From IMG/VR virus record IMGVR_UViG_3300047323_000673, positions 32,001-96,000 of that record: a DNA stretch of 64,000 nucleotides, one strand, 5' to 3'. Of this stretch, positions 32,639 to 43,705 are shown in pieces (within the stretch, counting starts at the first letter, position 1; the number at the start of each line of letters is the position of its first letter). Source of the stretch: a virus. A model generated the notes under the pieces. The model saw nothing but the letters and a program-made list of their open reading frames with translations. It was not told the DNA's origin and did no database searches. The position numbers and the translations under genes are program-made.

Positions 32639-33190
32639 ATGATAATTATTACTAAATATATTAAAGAAAAGGTTCAAGAATTTTTTGGCATAAGAATTAT
32701 AGCCAAAGATAAAGATCATTTAATGAGTTTAATTTCACGAGAAATCAAAAAAAATGGTTATGAATGCGATTTAAATCATATTGATGTTGCTCAAATTACA
32801 GAGATGGAAGAGTTATTTCATGTTTCTGATCTTTTTAGATTTAATGGTAATATAAGTAAATGGGATGTTTCCAATGTGGAAGATATGCAAGGAATGTTTC
32901 ATGAAACTAATTTCAACGGAGATATTAGTAAGTGGGATGTATCCAAAGTAAAAAATATGAGAGGAATGTTTTGGAAATCTAGTTTTAATAGAGACATAAG
33001 TCATTGGGATATATCAAAGGTGGAATATATGGAATTTATGTTTTCTGATTTAGCAGAGAATAAACCTTATTGGTTTAATTATGAAAATAAAGAAGAAAGA
33101 AATATCGCAATTGAAAGATATAAATTAGCTAAAGAGTTAGGTGAAGATTTAACTGAAAATAAAACTAGAGAAAAAAAATTAAAAATATGA
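32639..33190 (+). CDS. BspA/DUF285-like repeat protein with N-terminal extension, tagged
   Basis: First gene of a 10-gene ATGA-coupled operon; ends [18 protein letters not shown]. Confidence 0.92.
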   Translation: MIIITKYIKEKVQEFFGIRIIAKDKDHLMSLISREIKKNGYECDLNHIDVAQITEMEELFHVSDLFRFNGNISKWDVSNVEDMQGMFHETNFNGDISKWDVSKVKNMRGMFWKSSFNRDISHWDISKVEYMEFMFSDLAENKPYWFNYENKEERNIAIERYKLAKELGEDLTENKTREKKLKI

Positions 33191-33903
33191 AGCCTATAAT
33201 TACTGCTATAAATAAGAAACATTTAAGAAAATTGATTAAGAATGAAATTGAATTAAATGGTGACAATTGTGATTTGAATCATATTGATGTTTCAAAAGTA
33301 GTAAGGATGAACGAATTATTCCGTTATTTTCCAAAATTTAATGGTGATATATCTAGGTGGGATGTATCTAATGTAGTTGATATGCGTGCTATGTTTAGTT
33401 ACTCTGAATTCGTCGGGAATATATCTAATTGGAATGTGTCTAATGTAGTTGAAATGATGGGAATGTTTAGTTTTTCTAAATTTAATGGAGATATTAGTAA
33501 ATGGGATACATCTAAAGTTGAGAGAATGGATAATATGTTTCATTCCTCACAATTCAATAATGATATATCTAATTGGAATGTTTCAAATGTAAAAATTATG
33601 ATAGGAGTATTCCAAAATTCTCAATTCAATGGGGAGATATCGAAATGGAATATTAGTAGTGTTGAGAATATAATGTGGATGTTTCGTTATTCTAAATTTA
33701 ATGGTGATTTATCTAATTGGAAGCCATATAAATTAGAAGATGTAACTCAAGCTTTTGAGAATTCTATAGCCACTATTCCATATTGGTTTAACTTTGATAA
33801 TGCAGAAAACAGAACGAAAGCTATTGATAGTTATTGGTTACAAAAAGAATTAAATAAAGAATTAAATATGAATGATGCCAAAGAGAAAAAAATAAAAATA
33901 TGA
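33187..33903 (+). CDS. BspA/DUF285-like repeat protein, C-terminally tagged
   Basis: 238 aa; ends [18 protein letters not shown]. Confidence 0.92.
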   Translation: MKPIITAINKKHLRKLIKNEIELNGDNCDLNHIDVSKVVRMNELFRYFPKFNGDISRWDVSNVVDMRAMFSYSEFVGNISNWNVSNVVEMMGMFSFSKFNGDISKWDTSKVERMDNMFHSSQFNNDISNWNVSNVKIMIGVFQNSQFNGEISKWNISSVENIMWMFRYSKFNGDLSNWKPYKLEDVTQAFENSIATIPYWFNFDNAENRTKAIDSYWLQKELNKELNMNDAKEKKIKI

Positions 33904-34469
33904 AACCAACAATTATTGCTAAAGATAAAGATGATTTATTGGAATTGATCGCTAGAGAGATTAAAAAAAATGGAAATAAATGCGATTTAAACCATATAGA
34001 TGTTAGTCAAATTATGGACATGAGTTTTTTGTTTTATGAAACAGACTTTAATGGAGATATTAGTCAATGGGATGTTAGTAAGGTAGAAGACATGTATTCT
34101 ATATTTGAAAGATCAGAATTTAACGGTGACATCAGTAATTGGAATGTTAGTAAAGTTAAAAATATGAATAATGTATTTTTCAAAAGTGATTTTAATGGCG
34201 ATATCAGTAAATGGGATATAAGCAAAGTAGAGACTATGGAGTTAATGTTTTATGGAAGTGATTTTGATAAAGATTTAAGTGATTGGCGGCCGTATGCTTT
34301 TTTAGGAAGTATTCATTATTTATTGAGCGAAAAAATGCTAGTTCCTTATTGGGCAAAAATTGAAGATGAAGAAGAAAGAAAAAGAGCTATTGATAATTAT
34401 CATTTAAATAAAGAATTAAATGAGGATTTGAATAATAATAATGTGAATGAGAAAAAGTTAAAAATATGA
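33900..34469 (+). CDS. BspA/DUF285-like repeat protein, C-terminally tagged
   Basis: 189 aa; ends [18 protein letters not shown]. Confidence 0.92.
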   Translation: MKPTIIAKDKDDLLELIAREIKKNGNKCDLNHIDVSQIMDMSFLFYETDFNGDISQWDVSKVEDMYSIFERSEFNGDISNWNVSKVKNMNNVFFKSDFNGDISKWDISKVETMELMFYGSDFDKDLSDWRPYAFLGSIHYLLSEKMLVPYWAKIEDEEERKRAIDNYHLNKELNEDLNNNNVNEKKLKI

Positions 34470-35059
34470 AGCCAATGATTATAGCAAAGGACAGAGAGCA
34501 CTTAAAAAAATTGATTGAAAAAGAAATTAATTTAAGTGGATTCGGATGTGATTTAAATCACATTGATGTTTCCAATGTTACGGAAATGAATCTTTTATTT
34601 TATTGTTCAAGTTTTGATGGTGATATATCCCAATGGGATGTTTCCAATGTTCATGATATGGAACACATGTTCGACAGATCTAAGTTTAATGGAGACATTA
34701 GTAAATGGAGTGTTTCTAAAGTAAGAAATATGGAAAATATGTTTTTTGGTTCTAAATTTAATGGTGACATTTCTAATTGGGATGTCAGTAAAGTAGAAAA
34801 TATGAATCATATTTTTCGTTTATCCATTTTTAATGGAGATTTGTCTAATTGGCGTCCATTAAATTTAGGATTTTGTAATGGTAGTATTTTGTTTTTGGAA
34901 TCAAAAACTTCTTTTTCTTTACCGTATTGGGCTGAAATTGAGAAAAAAGAAGAAAGAATAAAAGCAATTAATGATTTTCAGGAAAAAAAGACATTAAAAG
35001 AAGAATTAAGCCAGGAGTTAAATGCGAATAAAAATATTGAGAAGAAGCTAAAGATATGA
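34466..35059 (+). CDS. BspA/DUF285-like repeat protein, C-terminally tagged
   Basis: Ends [18 protein letters not shown]. Confidence 0.92.
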   Translation: MKPMIIAKDREHLKKLIEKEINLSGFGCDLNHIDVSNVTEMNLLFYCSSFDGDISQWDVSNVHDMEHMFDRSKFNGDISKWSVSKVRNMENMFFGSKFNGDISNWDVSKVENMNHIFRLSIFNGDLSNWRPLNLGFCNGSILFLESKTSFSLPYWAEIEKKEERIKAINDFQEKKTLKEELSQELNANKNIEKKLKI

Positions 35060-35841
35060 AATCCAAAATAATTGCTAAAGATAGGAGCCATTTACAAAAA
35101 TTAATAAAAGAAGAAATGGAATTAAATGGTAATGAATGCGATTTAAACCATATAGATGTTAGTAATGTTACAGATATGAGTAATTTATTTGCTCATCTTA
35201 AATTTAATGGAGACATATCACAGTGGGATGTATCAAATGTAAGAGATATGGAAGAGTTATTTTTTGAGTCAAGTTTTAATGGTGACATTAGTAAATGGGA
35301 TGTAACGAATGTTAAAGCAATGTATGGATTATTTGCATATTCAGAATTTGATGGTGATATTTCTCAGTGGGATGTAAGTAATGTTATAGATATGAAAAAT
35401 ATGTTTTTTAAAGCTGTTTTTAATGGTGACATTAGTAAATGGGATGTTTCCAATGTCACTAATATGGTTTCTATGTTTCAAAATTCTAAGTTTAATAAAG
35501 ATATAGGACAATGGAATGTAAGCAATACTATAGATATGGGTTTTATGTTTTATGAGTCAGAATTTAATCAGAGTATAAGTCAATGGGATGTGTCTAATGT
35601 TGAGAATATGAATTGTCTGTTTTTTCGTTCTAAGTTTAATGGTGACATTTCTAATTGGAAGCCATGTAATTTAAAAATGATGACGAACTTTTTTAGTGAG
35701 AATGCAAAACAAATTCCATATTGGGCTAAATTTCAAGATAAAGTAGAGAGAGACAATGCAATTGAAAAATATTGGTTACAGAAAGAATTAAACCAGGATT
35801 TGAGTAAAAATAAAAATAATGAAAAGAAGCTAAAAATATGA
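35056..35841 (+). CDS. BspA/DUF285-like repeat protein, C-terminally tagged
   Basis: 261 aa; ends [18 protein letters not shown]. Confidence 0.92.
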   Translation: MKSKIIAKDRSHLQKLIKEEMELNGNECDLNHIDVSNVTDMSNLFAHLKFNGDISQWDVSNVRDMEELFFESSFNGDISKWDVTNVKAMYGLFAYSEFDGDISQWDVSNVIDMKNMFFKAVFNGDISKWDVSNVTNMVSMFQNSKFNKDIGQWNVSNTIDMGFMFYESEFNQSISQWDVSNVENMNCLFFRSKFNGDISNWKPCNLKMMTNFFSENAKQIPYWAKFQDKVERDNAIEKYWLQKELNQDLSKNKNNEKKLKI

Positions 35842-36479
35842 AGAATAAAATTGTAGCTCAAGATACGAAGCATTTAAAAAAATTAATTGCACAAGAAATT
35901 AAATTAAATGGGAATCAATGTGATTTAAACCATATTGATGTTTCACAAATTACAAATATGCGTAAAATTTTTTCTAATTCTAAATTTAATGGTGATATCA
36001 GTCAATGGGATGTTAGCAATGTTACTGATATGTCTGAAATGTTTGAGTGTTCTAAGTTTAATGGAGATATTAGTAAATGGAATGTTTTCAAGGTTAAGGA
36101 TATGAAATATATGTTTTATGAATCAATATTTAACGGTGATATTAGCCAGTGGAATACTTTTAATGTTAAAAATATGATGCGTATGTTTAAGGATTCAAAA
36201 TTTAATGGAGATATCAGCCAATGGAATGTTAGTAATGTTATTGATATGGATTTCATGTTCTCTGATTGTGATTTTAACAAAGATATAACTAATTGGAAGC
36301 CATACTCTTTTTCAGGTACTATAGAGTATTTTACTAGCAAAGAAATGGTAATTCCATATTGGGCTAAATTTGCAGATAGAGAGAAGAGAAATTTAGCTAT
36401 TGAAAAATATTGGTTAAAGAAAGAATTAAACCAGGATTTGAGTAAAAGTAAAAATAATGAAAAGAAGTTAAAGATATGA
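35838..36479 (+). CDS. BspA/DUF285-like repeat protein, C-terminally tagged
   Basis: 213 aa; ends [18 protein letters not shown]. Confidence 0.92.
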   Translation: MKNKIVAQDTKHLKKLIAQEIKLNGNQCDLNHIDVSQITNMRKIFSNSKFNGDISQWDVSNVTDMSEMFECSKFNGDISKWNVFKVKDMKYMFYESIFNGDISQWNTFNVKNMMRMFKDSKFNGDISQWNVSNVIDMDFMFSDCDFNKDITNWKPYSFSGTIEYFTSKEMVIPYWAKFADREKRNLAIEKYWLKKELNQDLSKSKNNEKKLKI

Positions 36480-36973
36480 AAAAAATTATTATTGCCAAAG
36501 ATAGAAATCATTTAAAAAAATTGGTTGAACAAGAAATGGATTTTCATGGGCATAAATGTGATTTGAATCATATAGATGTTTCAAATATTAAAGACTTTAG
36601 TGAGGTATTTAAAAATTCAGAATTTAATGGAGACATCAGCAAATGGGATGTATCAAATGCCAAAACAATGAGTCATATGTTTTTGTATTCTGGATTTAAT
36701 GGGGATATTAGTAATTGGGATGTTCGTAATGTAAATAATATCGCTTTTATGTTTGCTAATTCAAATTTTAATAAAGATATATCTAAATGGAAGCCTGAAA
36801 ATCTGACATTTTTTTATGAGTTTATGGCACATTGTTCTGCACCTATTCCATATTGGTCAAAATTTTATAATTTAGAGGATAGAAAGATAGCTATGGAAAG
36901 ATATACTTTAAATGAAGAATTAACTCAAAACTTAGAAGAAAACAGTAGTTTAAAGAAAAAATTAAAAATATGA
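36476..36973 (+). CDS. BspA/DUF285-like repeat protein, C-terminally tagged
   Basis: 165 aa; ends [18 protein letters not shown]. Confidence 0.92.
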   Translation: MKKIIIAKDRNHLKKLVEQEMDFHGHKCDLNHIDVSNIKDFSEVFKNSEFNGDISKWDVSNAKTMSHMFLYSGFNGDISNWDVRNVNNIAFMFANSNFNKDISKWKPENLTFFYEFMAHCSAPIPYWSKFYNLEDRKIAMERYTLNEELTQNLEENSSLKKKLKI

Positions 36974-37476
36974 AGGCCACAATTATAGCTGAGAATAGAG
37001 ATGACTTAAGAAGAATAATAAAAGAACAGATTAATTTATATGGTCTGGAATGTGATTTGAATCATGTTGATGTATCTCAAATTACAGATATGAGTTTTAT
37101 ATTTTCCGTATCTCATTTTAATAACGATATTTCCCGATGGAATGTTTCTAATGTTAAGGAAATGGCAGGTATGTTTAGTGAATCTGCTTTTAATGGTGAT
37201 ATTTCTCAATGGGATGTATCTAAGGTTGAATGCATGCAGGCTATGTTTTCCAGTGCAAAATTCGATAAGGATATAAGTAATTGGACACCTTTCAAATTAG
37301 AAGAGGTGAGAGGTATGTTTTATAATTCAAGAACTCCTATTCCATATTGGGCTGAATGTAAAAATTTTGAAAGAGAAAAACTTATAAAAAAATATCAATT
37401 CGCTAAAGAACTAAATAATGAGTTAGCTCACGAATTGAATGAAAACAAAAATAATGAAAGTAAGTTAAAAATATGA
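36970..37476 (+). CDS. BspA/DUF285-like repeat protein, C-terminally tagged
   Basis: Ends [18 protein letters not shown]. Confidence 0.92.
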   Translation: MKATIIAENRDDLRRIIKEQINLYGLECDLNHVDVSQITDMSFIFSVSHFNNDISRWNVSNVKEMAGMFSESAFNGDISQWDVSKVECMQAMFSSAKFDKDISNWTPFKLEEVRGMFYNSRTPIPYWAECKNFEREKLIKKYQFAKELNNELAHELNENKNNESKLKI

Positions 37477-38123
37477 AGCCAATAATTATTGCCGAAGATA
37501 CTCTTCACTTACAAGAATTAATTAAAGAAGAAATTAAATTAAATGGAAATCAATGCGATTTAAATCATATAGATGTGTCAAAAATTAAGGACATGAGTTG
37601 TTTATTTTTTAATAATGGTATGAATAAATTAGAATTCAATGGTGATATCTCAAAATGGGATGTGTCAAATGTTGGGAACATGTCAAATATGTTTCAAGAA
37701 TCAGTTTTTAATGGAGACATTAGTAAATGGAGTACTTCAAAAGTAAAACATATGGCATTTATGTTTTCTGATGCCAAATTTAATGGGGATATAAGTAATT
37801 GGAATGTAAGTAATGTGATAAATATGACTGCTATGTTTTATTGTTCTATGTTTGATGGTGATATTAATAATTGGGATGTCAGTAATGTTAAATTAATGTT
37901 GGATATTTTCAATGAATCAAAATTTAGTAAAGATTTATCACAATGGAAACCATATAATTTAGACAAAGTAAGATTTAAGGCAGATATAGCTCCAACTCCA
38001 TATTGGGTCAATTTTAATGATAAAGAAAAAAGAAGAATGGCCATTGATAATTATTGGTTAAATAAAGAATTAAATAAAGATTTAAATTTAAATGATTATA
38101 AAGAAAAGAAATTAAAAATATGA
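37473..38123 (+). CDS. BspA/DUF285-like repeat protein, C-terminally tagged
   Basis: Ends [18 protein letters not shown]. Confidence 0.92.
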   Translation: MKPIIIAEDTLHLQELIKEEIKLNGNQCDLNHIDVSKIKDMSCLFFNNGMNKLEFNGDISKWDVSNVGNMSNMFQESVFNGDISKWSTSKVKHMAFMFSDAKFNGDISNWNVSNVINMTAMFYCSMFDGDINNWDVSNVKLMLDIFNESKFSKDLSQWKPYNLDKVRFKADIAPTPYWVNFNDKEKRRMAIDNYWLNKELNKDLNLNDYKEKKLKI

Positions 38124-38689
38124 ATACAACAATTATAGCTAAAAACTTAAATCATTTAGTAGAATTAATAGATAATGAAATTTCTCTACATGGTTTTAAT
38201 TGTAATTTAAATAATATAGATGTATCCAATATTACTGATATGGGTTTTCTATTTTGTGAATCAGAGTTTAATGGTAACATTAGTCAATGGGATGTATCAA
38301 ATGTTCAAGATATGAACCTAATGTTTGAAAAATCTAAATTTAATGGAGATATTAGTAAATGGAATACATCTAATGTAACAACAATGAGTTATATGTTTTC
38401 TAATGCAGAATTTAATTGTGATATCTCTAATTGGGATGTATCTAATGTTAAAAATATGTCAGGAATGTTTGAACATTCAAAATTTAAGCAAGATATTTCA
38501 AATTGGCGACCATATGAGTTGAATATCTATCATTATATATTTCAGGATAGTTGTGTATCAATTCCTTATTGGTTTAATTATGAAGATATAGATGAAAGAA
38601 AAATTGCAATTGATACTTATCATTTACAAAAAGAGTTGGAAAATGAATTAGACAAAAATCAAGTGATTAGTAAAATATCAAAACTTTAA
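38120..38689 (+). CDS. BspA/DUF285-like repeat protein, C-terminally tagged
   Basis: 189 aa; ends [18 protein letters not shown]. Confidence 0.92.
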   Translation: MNTTIIAKNLNHLVELIDNEISLHGFNCNLNNIDVSNITDMGFLFCESEFNGNISQWDVSNVQDMNLMFEKSKFNGDISKWNTSNVTTMSYMFSNAEFNCDISNWDVSNVKNMSGMFEHSKFKQDISNWRPYELNIYHYIFQDSCVSIPYWFNYEDIDERKIAIDTYHLQKELENELDKNQVISKISKL

Positions 38690-38793
38690 TGTTTACAATA
38701 GCTGTACCTTATTCCAAATTTGTATTATAATAGATAATAATTAGTATTGAAGAATAAATGGTCTTTTTTAGTCGCGGTATACAGGAGTAATTC

Positions 38794-39024
38794 ATGGCAC
38801 ATAAATTTTCAAATGTTGTTGTTAATTGTATGTTTTTTGTTGCATTTATAGGATTTTTTATGATTGGAAGCATGAATGCTAATAAGGATAAAGAAGAATA
38901 TAATTCTAAAAAAATAAAATCACTAATTGTAACTGAAGTGAAGCAACCTATTAAAATGCCAGAAGATAAGAGAAAAGTTAATGATGCAAGAATTTTAGCT
39001 GCCATTATGAATATTGCAGGATAA
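38794..39024 (+). CDS. small membrane protein
   Basis: SD AGGAG; N-terminal TM helix; hydrophobic C-terminus ILAAIMNIAG. Confidence 0.7.
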   Translation: MAHKFSNVVVNCMFFVAFIGFFMIGSMNANKDKEEYNSKKIKSLIVTEVKQPIKMPEDKRKVNDARILAAIMNIAG

Positions 39025-39035
39025 ATAGATGAATT

Positions 39036-39064
39036 AAAGAAAAGCCCCATAAGGGGCTTTCTTT
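39036..39064. terminator. bidirectional intrinsic terminator
   Basis: aaagcccc-ataa-ggggcttt with A/T-rich flanks. Confidence 0.88.
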
Positions 39065-39086
39065 TTACTATTTTTGAATAAAATAA

Positions 39087-39383
39087 TTATTTAATTTTAT
39101 TGCTTTTATTATTTTTCTTTTCCGATTTTTCTCTAATTTTAGAGATATTGTCTTGTATGTCATCCATAAGAATTATATTTTCAGGAAGTTTATTTTTATC
39201 AACATTTGGTCCTTTATAGTTAACAAGTTTTGCATCTCTAGGAAGATCATCCATAAGAGTTATATTCTCAGGAAGTTTATTTTTATCAACATTTGGTCCT
39301 TTATAGTTAACAAGTTCTGCATCTCCAGGAAGATCATCCATAAGAATTATATTTTCAGGAAGTTTGGTTTTATTTTGAGCCAT
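39087..39383 (-). CDS. small protein with 29-aa tandem repeats
   Basis: KLPENIxLMDDLPxDAxLVNYKGPNVDKN x2.4; SD AAGGA. Confidence 0.75.
   Translation of the reverse strand: MAQNKTKLPENIILMDDLPGDAELVNYKGPNVDKNKLPENITLMDDLPRDAKLVNYKGPNVDKNKLPENIILMDDIQDNISKIREKSEKKNNKSNKIK
39160..39365. repeat. 87-bp coding tandem repeat (about 2.4 copies)
   Basis: tcaggaagtttatttttatcaacatttggtcc at 39181 and 39268. Confidence 0.85.
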
Positions 39384-39525
39384 AATTATCCTTAAGTAAT
39401 AGTTATATATATTGTATATTATTAATTTTAAAAGTAAATAAATTTAAATTTCATATTATAAAACAATATATAATGAATGATTTTTCATAGTTGGTAGTAA
39501 TATTGCTTTTAAACATGACTTACTA

Positions 39526-40620
39526 TTAAATTTTCATCTTGTTTTTAAGCTGTGGACTTTCATCTAAATCATATCCTTTGGCAAGTTTATCTTTTAATAA
39601 ACCAAGATATACCTCTTGAGCTTCCTTCATATTGTCTGTAGAAATTTGAGTGTCAGTTGTCATTTTTTTGCCAATAGAACCATAAGAAGTAACAACACGC
39701 CAAAGATTATTTTCTTCTTTAAAATAAATATTATATTCTTTGTTTGACCCTTCATAAATATAAGTTAAGCGAGTATGAGTATCAACTGTTGGTTTTTCTA
39801 AACCATTAATTAAACGATATTTTTTGATTTTTTTAGCAAAAGCTTCATTTAATTCATCTGGTTCTTCATCATGATTGCCATCAGTTTCATGTGCATTAAG
39901 AAGAGAACAATATAAATGTTCTGCTAAACTTAAAAGTAAGTCATTATGTTTAGATGTAATTGATTTGCCATTTACATCAATTGGGTAGTCATCTACATCA
40001 CCTAAATCATCAAGGTCAATTTCCATCGCTGGATTTTTAATTTTTTTCAATAATTTAGCAACATAAGGTTGAAGAAATTCATGAGCAAGTCTGTCATCTA
40101 TTGTTGCACCAAATTCATAAGAAATAACATCTTTAGCTTTTATATCTGCAATAGAACGAATTTGCTGATAGTCTGTATCGACATAAGAAATAATTAAAGA
40201 ATTTCCATCATCAAAATTCCAACGAACAATAGGGCTAACTGACATATCAGCAGCTTCATCAGTTAAATTTGCAAAAGGAAGTGTGCCAACATGATTTAGG
40301 TAGACTTCTTCAGCTTTTTTATGGATTTCATCTAATTGCTCAGATTTTCCAAACCATAAAACTCCACTATTATGGTCTGAGCCATATAGTCCCCAAGGAT
40401 CTTTGTTTTCTATTTGAAGCCAATAGATAGGGCTGGCATCATCTTGAAGGGTTACATTGTCACCTGGTTTATAATTATTGCTTTCTTCTAAATAGGTAAT
40501 AGCTGTTGGTTGAACAGTAAATTCAAAATTAGAATTAACAATATCTGCCGATACATAAACCATAGGTTTTTTATCTGAAGAGAGTAAATTTTTTATTTGT
40601 TTTATATGTAGAGTAGTCAT
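39526..40620 (-). CDS. protein with C-terminal WGR domain and basic tail
   Basis: L...EGSNKEYNI...WRVVTSYGSIG...EA...LLKDKLAKGY; ends LDESPQLKNKMKI. Confidence 0.75.
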   Translation of the reverse strand: MTTLHIKQIKNLLSSDKKPMVYVSADIVNSNFEFTVQPTAITYLEESNNYKPGDNVTLQDDASPIYWLQIENKDPWGLYGSDHNSGVLWFGKSEQLDEIHKKAEEVYLNHVGTLPFANLTDEAADMSVSPIVRWNFDDGNSLIISYVDTDYQQIRSIADIKAKDVISYEFGATIDDRLAHEFLQPYVAKLLKKIKNPAMEIDLDDLGDVDDYPIDVNGKSITSKHNDLLLSLAEHLYCSLLNAHETDGNHDEEPDELNEAFAKKIKKYRLINGLEKPTVDTHTRLTYIYEGSNKEYNIYFKEENNLWRVVTSYGSIGKKMTTDTQISTDNMKEAQEVYLGLLKDKLAKGYDLDESPQLKNKMKI

Positions 40621-40693
40621 AAGTAATTTTATTGTTTATTCATAAATAATAACAAAAAATATGGTTAATTCAATTTTTTTGTTATTAAAAGAA

Positions 40694-40719
40694 AAAAGCC
40701 TTAAATTATTAAGGCTTTT
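40694..40719 (-). terminator. intrinsic terminator
   Basis: aaaagcctta-N6-taaggctttt. Confidence 0.8.
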
Positions 40720-40736
40720 ATAGATATAATTAATTT

Positions 40737-41186
40737 TTATTTAAGTTTTGAATGATCGAATTCATCAAAAACAATTTTAGCTTTTGCTAGTTGCATTTTA
40801 CCGTTTAGAAAATATTTTTTCCACAAGTCCCCACCTTCTTCACCTTCGCCATTTAAAGTAAATAACCAGTTAGGATATTTGGTAGAAAATTGCAGTAATT
40901 CATCTTCATGCTCATACCATTTGCAAGAATCACTAGGTGTCCCCTTTTTGGTTAAGGCATGTTTGGCATTATCATAAGTTTCTCTAAGTTTTTCAATAAT
41001 ATGGGAGTCTGTAACGGTTACTTTCCCGCCATTTTTTAGAGCATCAAGCTTTGAAAGTAATTCTTCTTTATCTACTGAATTAGCATTAGATATTTGTTCA
41101 ATAAGTGACTCAATAGTAACATTATCTGTTTCAGTAGATTTATTAATAGCTTCCACTTTTAATTCATAACTGGTGTAATATCCCAT
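40737..41186 (-). CDS. hypothetical protein of a type seen in large phages
   Basis: MGYYT..., KWYEHEDEL..FS.KYP..LF.L.GEGEE..DLW..YF.NG pattern; SD GGAG. Confidence 0.7.
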   Translation of the reverse strand: MGYYTSYELKVEAINKSTETDNVTIESLIEQISNANSVDKEELLSKLDALKNGGKVTVTDSHIIEKLRETYDNAKHALTKKGTPSDSCKWYEHEDELLQFSTKYPNWLFTLNGEGEEGGDLWKKYFLNGKMQLAKAKIVFDEFDHSKLK

Positions 41187-41262
41187 GAATTCTCCATTTA
41201 ATTTATTAAAAAGTAATTATAACATAAAAGTTGTTATTTTTCATATTAAAAATTCTAAAAAA

Positions 41263-41925
41263 TTAAGTTATTGAAGACTTATTAGTTTTACGATAATGTT
41301 TAAACTTATTAATTTGCTTCTTCAGAATATATTGAGCTAATTCTTGATTTTTCATTTTCAAACAAATATCCATTACTTGAATTCCTTTTTCATTTATATC
41401 AAAAGGGTTAGCTCCTAAGTCTAATAATTTTTTTGCTGCCAATGTACTATTATGCATACAAGCACAAACTAAAGGAGTCCATCCTAAAGGAATTCCTTTA
41501 TTAGTATCTATACCTTCTAATTCATAAATGGCATTAATATTTGCTCCATGCTTAAACAAAATTTCTATGGATAAATCTTTATCATTAACTGCGGCCATAT
41601 GAATAGGAAGATAACCACCTTTCGGCATGTTAGCACGAACACTTCCACCAAATTGCAATAAAGTATCAAGAAATAATATATTACCATTTCCTGCACATTG
41701 TGTAACTAAGTGTTCTCCAATTTTTACTTTTTTATCAATATTAGGATCTGCTCCTAAATAAAGGGCTAGTTTAAACCCAACATAGTTAAATGTTTTCATA
41801 CTTTTAATCAAAAGATTGTTTAGTTTATCTTTAAAATATTTATTTAATATACTATTTAAAAAAATTGGTTCATTAGGAAGTAACTTTATCAAATAAACTA
41901 AAAACTTATTTCGTGTAATACTCAT
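41263..41925 (-). CDS. ankyrin repeat protein (canonical)
   Basis: GYLPIHMAAVND, HGANIN, GWTPLVCAC, LLDLGANP. Confidence 0.85.
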   Translation of the reverse strand: MSITRNKFLVYLIKLLPNEPIFLNSILNKYFKDKLNNLLIKSMKTFNYVGFKLALYLGADPNIDKKVKIGEHLVTQCAGNGNILFLDTLLQFGGSVRANMPKGGYLPIHMAAVNDKDLSIEILFKHGANINAIYELEGIDTNKGIPLGWTPLVCACMHNSTLAAKKLLDLGANPFDINEKGIQVMDICLKMKNQELAQYILKKQINKFKHYRKTNKSSIT

Positions 41926-42103
41926 AAATTTCTCCTTAAATAAAATTGTTTTTTATATCAAAGAGTTATGACTTATTTTTATAAAAAAAGTTTAAATTAA
42001 TTAAATATTTGTTTTCATCAATGAAATTAAAGTTTTAGGTATTCTAATGATTGCCATATTTTAAAATATTATATATAGTGAATAAATTTTATAAACAATA
42101 ATT

Positions 42104-43591
42104 ATGTCACTTACTCACACTACTATTTTACTAAATAATTTTAATAATGTTGTTACTAGACATATAGATGAAATACAAGAAAAAGAATTAAAAATTATTT
42201 TAGCTTTAAGCGATTTATTGGAAGAACCTGATGAATATGAAGATAACTTTATTAACAAGAGCTTAAAGTATTTAAAAGAGAATTATGCATTAGATAAAAG
42301 TGTTTGGAAGGTTTTATTAAAACTTTATGAGGAGATTCCTGATTTTTGTGAAGTATTATCTGATTGGGAAGAGCCTGGTTATGCAGGTTATGTAGGTGAT
42401 GTCTCACCAATATACAAATTTGCTTATTTTAATTGTAGATATCCTATTAAAAATCATGACATAGGAAAAGATATACGCGAATACAATATAAAGAAATTAT
42501 TTTATTTTATCGGTTTATTATGTAAACATTTTTCTACTGATGAATCATCTGCATATATAGGTTTATTTATTAAAGAATTTGATATTAAAAAATCTCCATT
42601 TTCTATTAATAATTTGATCGAATTTTCTAAGAGATTAAGAGAAAATGGTGAAGGGAATATAAGTACATATAACATGATGATTTTCTCACAATACTTTAAC
42701 ATGCAGAATAATTTATATTTTACATTGCGGAAACTTTACTATTATTATTTTGAGATTAAATATCCACAAAAATGGAATAATAAGGAAAATTTTAAAATAA
42801 TTATGGAATTTACATTTAATAGAATGAATATTCAATATACCAATGTATTAGAGACATTTCATAGCATAATTGCTTCCTATAAAAAATATACAAATGAAGA
42901 ATTTATTAGTTATAAAGGGTTGATTGAACTTAAAAGCAAAACTATAGCATTAGAAGACAAAATTAACATAAATTATTTATTAACAGAGTTTGATAAAAGT
43001 GAAAAATATAATGAGGTGCAATCTCAAGTATTTATTGAATTAATAAAGCTTGTTCACAAATATAATGACAATGTTTTAAAAGGAATAGATAAAAGAGAGA
43101 TTATTCATGACTATTTAGGTCAAAGTAATGATTTTATTAAAAAAGCTGCTACAGAGAATGATTTTAGTTTAAATAATTTAATTTCTTGGTCTAATGAGTG
43201 GCATAAAAAAGGTGAAAGCAGAGGAAAGAAGGAAGAATTCCAAGTACATGATATTGATATGATTATAGATAATTATGTATTGGAACAAATTAAAGATAGT
43301 CATCAATTACATGAAGAAGGTAAGACTCAATCGCACTGTGTTTATACATATAAATCAAGATGTTTAAAAAATCAAACCATAATTATTTCGATGAAGAACA
43401 ATAAGGGGGAAAGAGTTTCTACAATAAGATTAGAAAAAGGAAATAAGGTATTAAGTTTTTTTAAGAAAAAACAAACATGGTATATTGCAGAGAATCGTAA
43501 GAGATTTAATAAAACTTGCAGTACAAAAGAAAAAGAGGTTGCACAAAAATACTTTTCACTCATACAAGAAAAAATAAAATTAATTAAATAG
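42104..43591 (+). CDS. PcfJ-like domain protein
   Basis: C-terminal L.EEG..QSHCVYTY...C......IS......STI.L motif. Confidence 0.7.
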   Translation: MSLTHTTILLNNFNNVVTRHIDEIQEKELKIILALSDLLEEPDEYEDNFINKSLKYLKENYALDKSVWKVLLKLYEEIPDFCEVLSDWEEPGYAGYVGDVSPIYKFAYFNCRYPIKNHDIGKDIREYNIKKLFYFIGLLCKHFSTDESSAYIGLFIKEFDIKKSPFSINNLIEFSKRLRENGEGNISTYNMMIFSQYFNMQNNLYFTLRKLYYYYFEIKYPQKWNNKENFKIIMEFTFNRMNIQYTNVLETFHSIIASYKKYTNEEFISYKGLIELKSKTIALEDKININYLLTEFDKSEKYNEVQSQVFIELIKLVHKYNDNVLKGIDKREIIHDYLGQSNDFIKKAATENDFSLNNLISWSNEWHKKGESRGKKEEFQVHDIDMIIDNYVLEQIKDSHQLHEEGKTQSHCVYTYKSRCLKNQTIIISMKNNKGERVSTIRLEKGNKVLSFFKKKQTWYIAENRKRFNKTCSTKEKEVAQKYFSLIQEKIKLIK

Positions 43592-43705
43592 ATAAAAAAT
43601 TTTTTTTATTAGTAATTATAGATGGCAAAATTAGTAGATATCCTGGTATTTGAATAATGCTCTTAATTTAATTATAATAAATATAAGATAATCATTTGGA
43701 TAACT

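Noticed and set aside
38120..38689. C-terminal -SKL resembling a peroxisomal PTS1
   Set aside because: A single instance among about 60 tails; explained as a variant of xK[IL].
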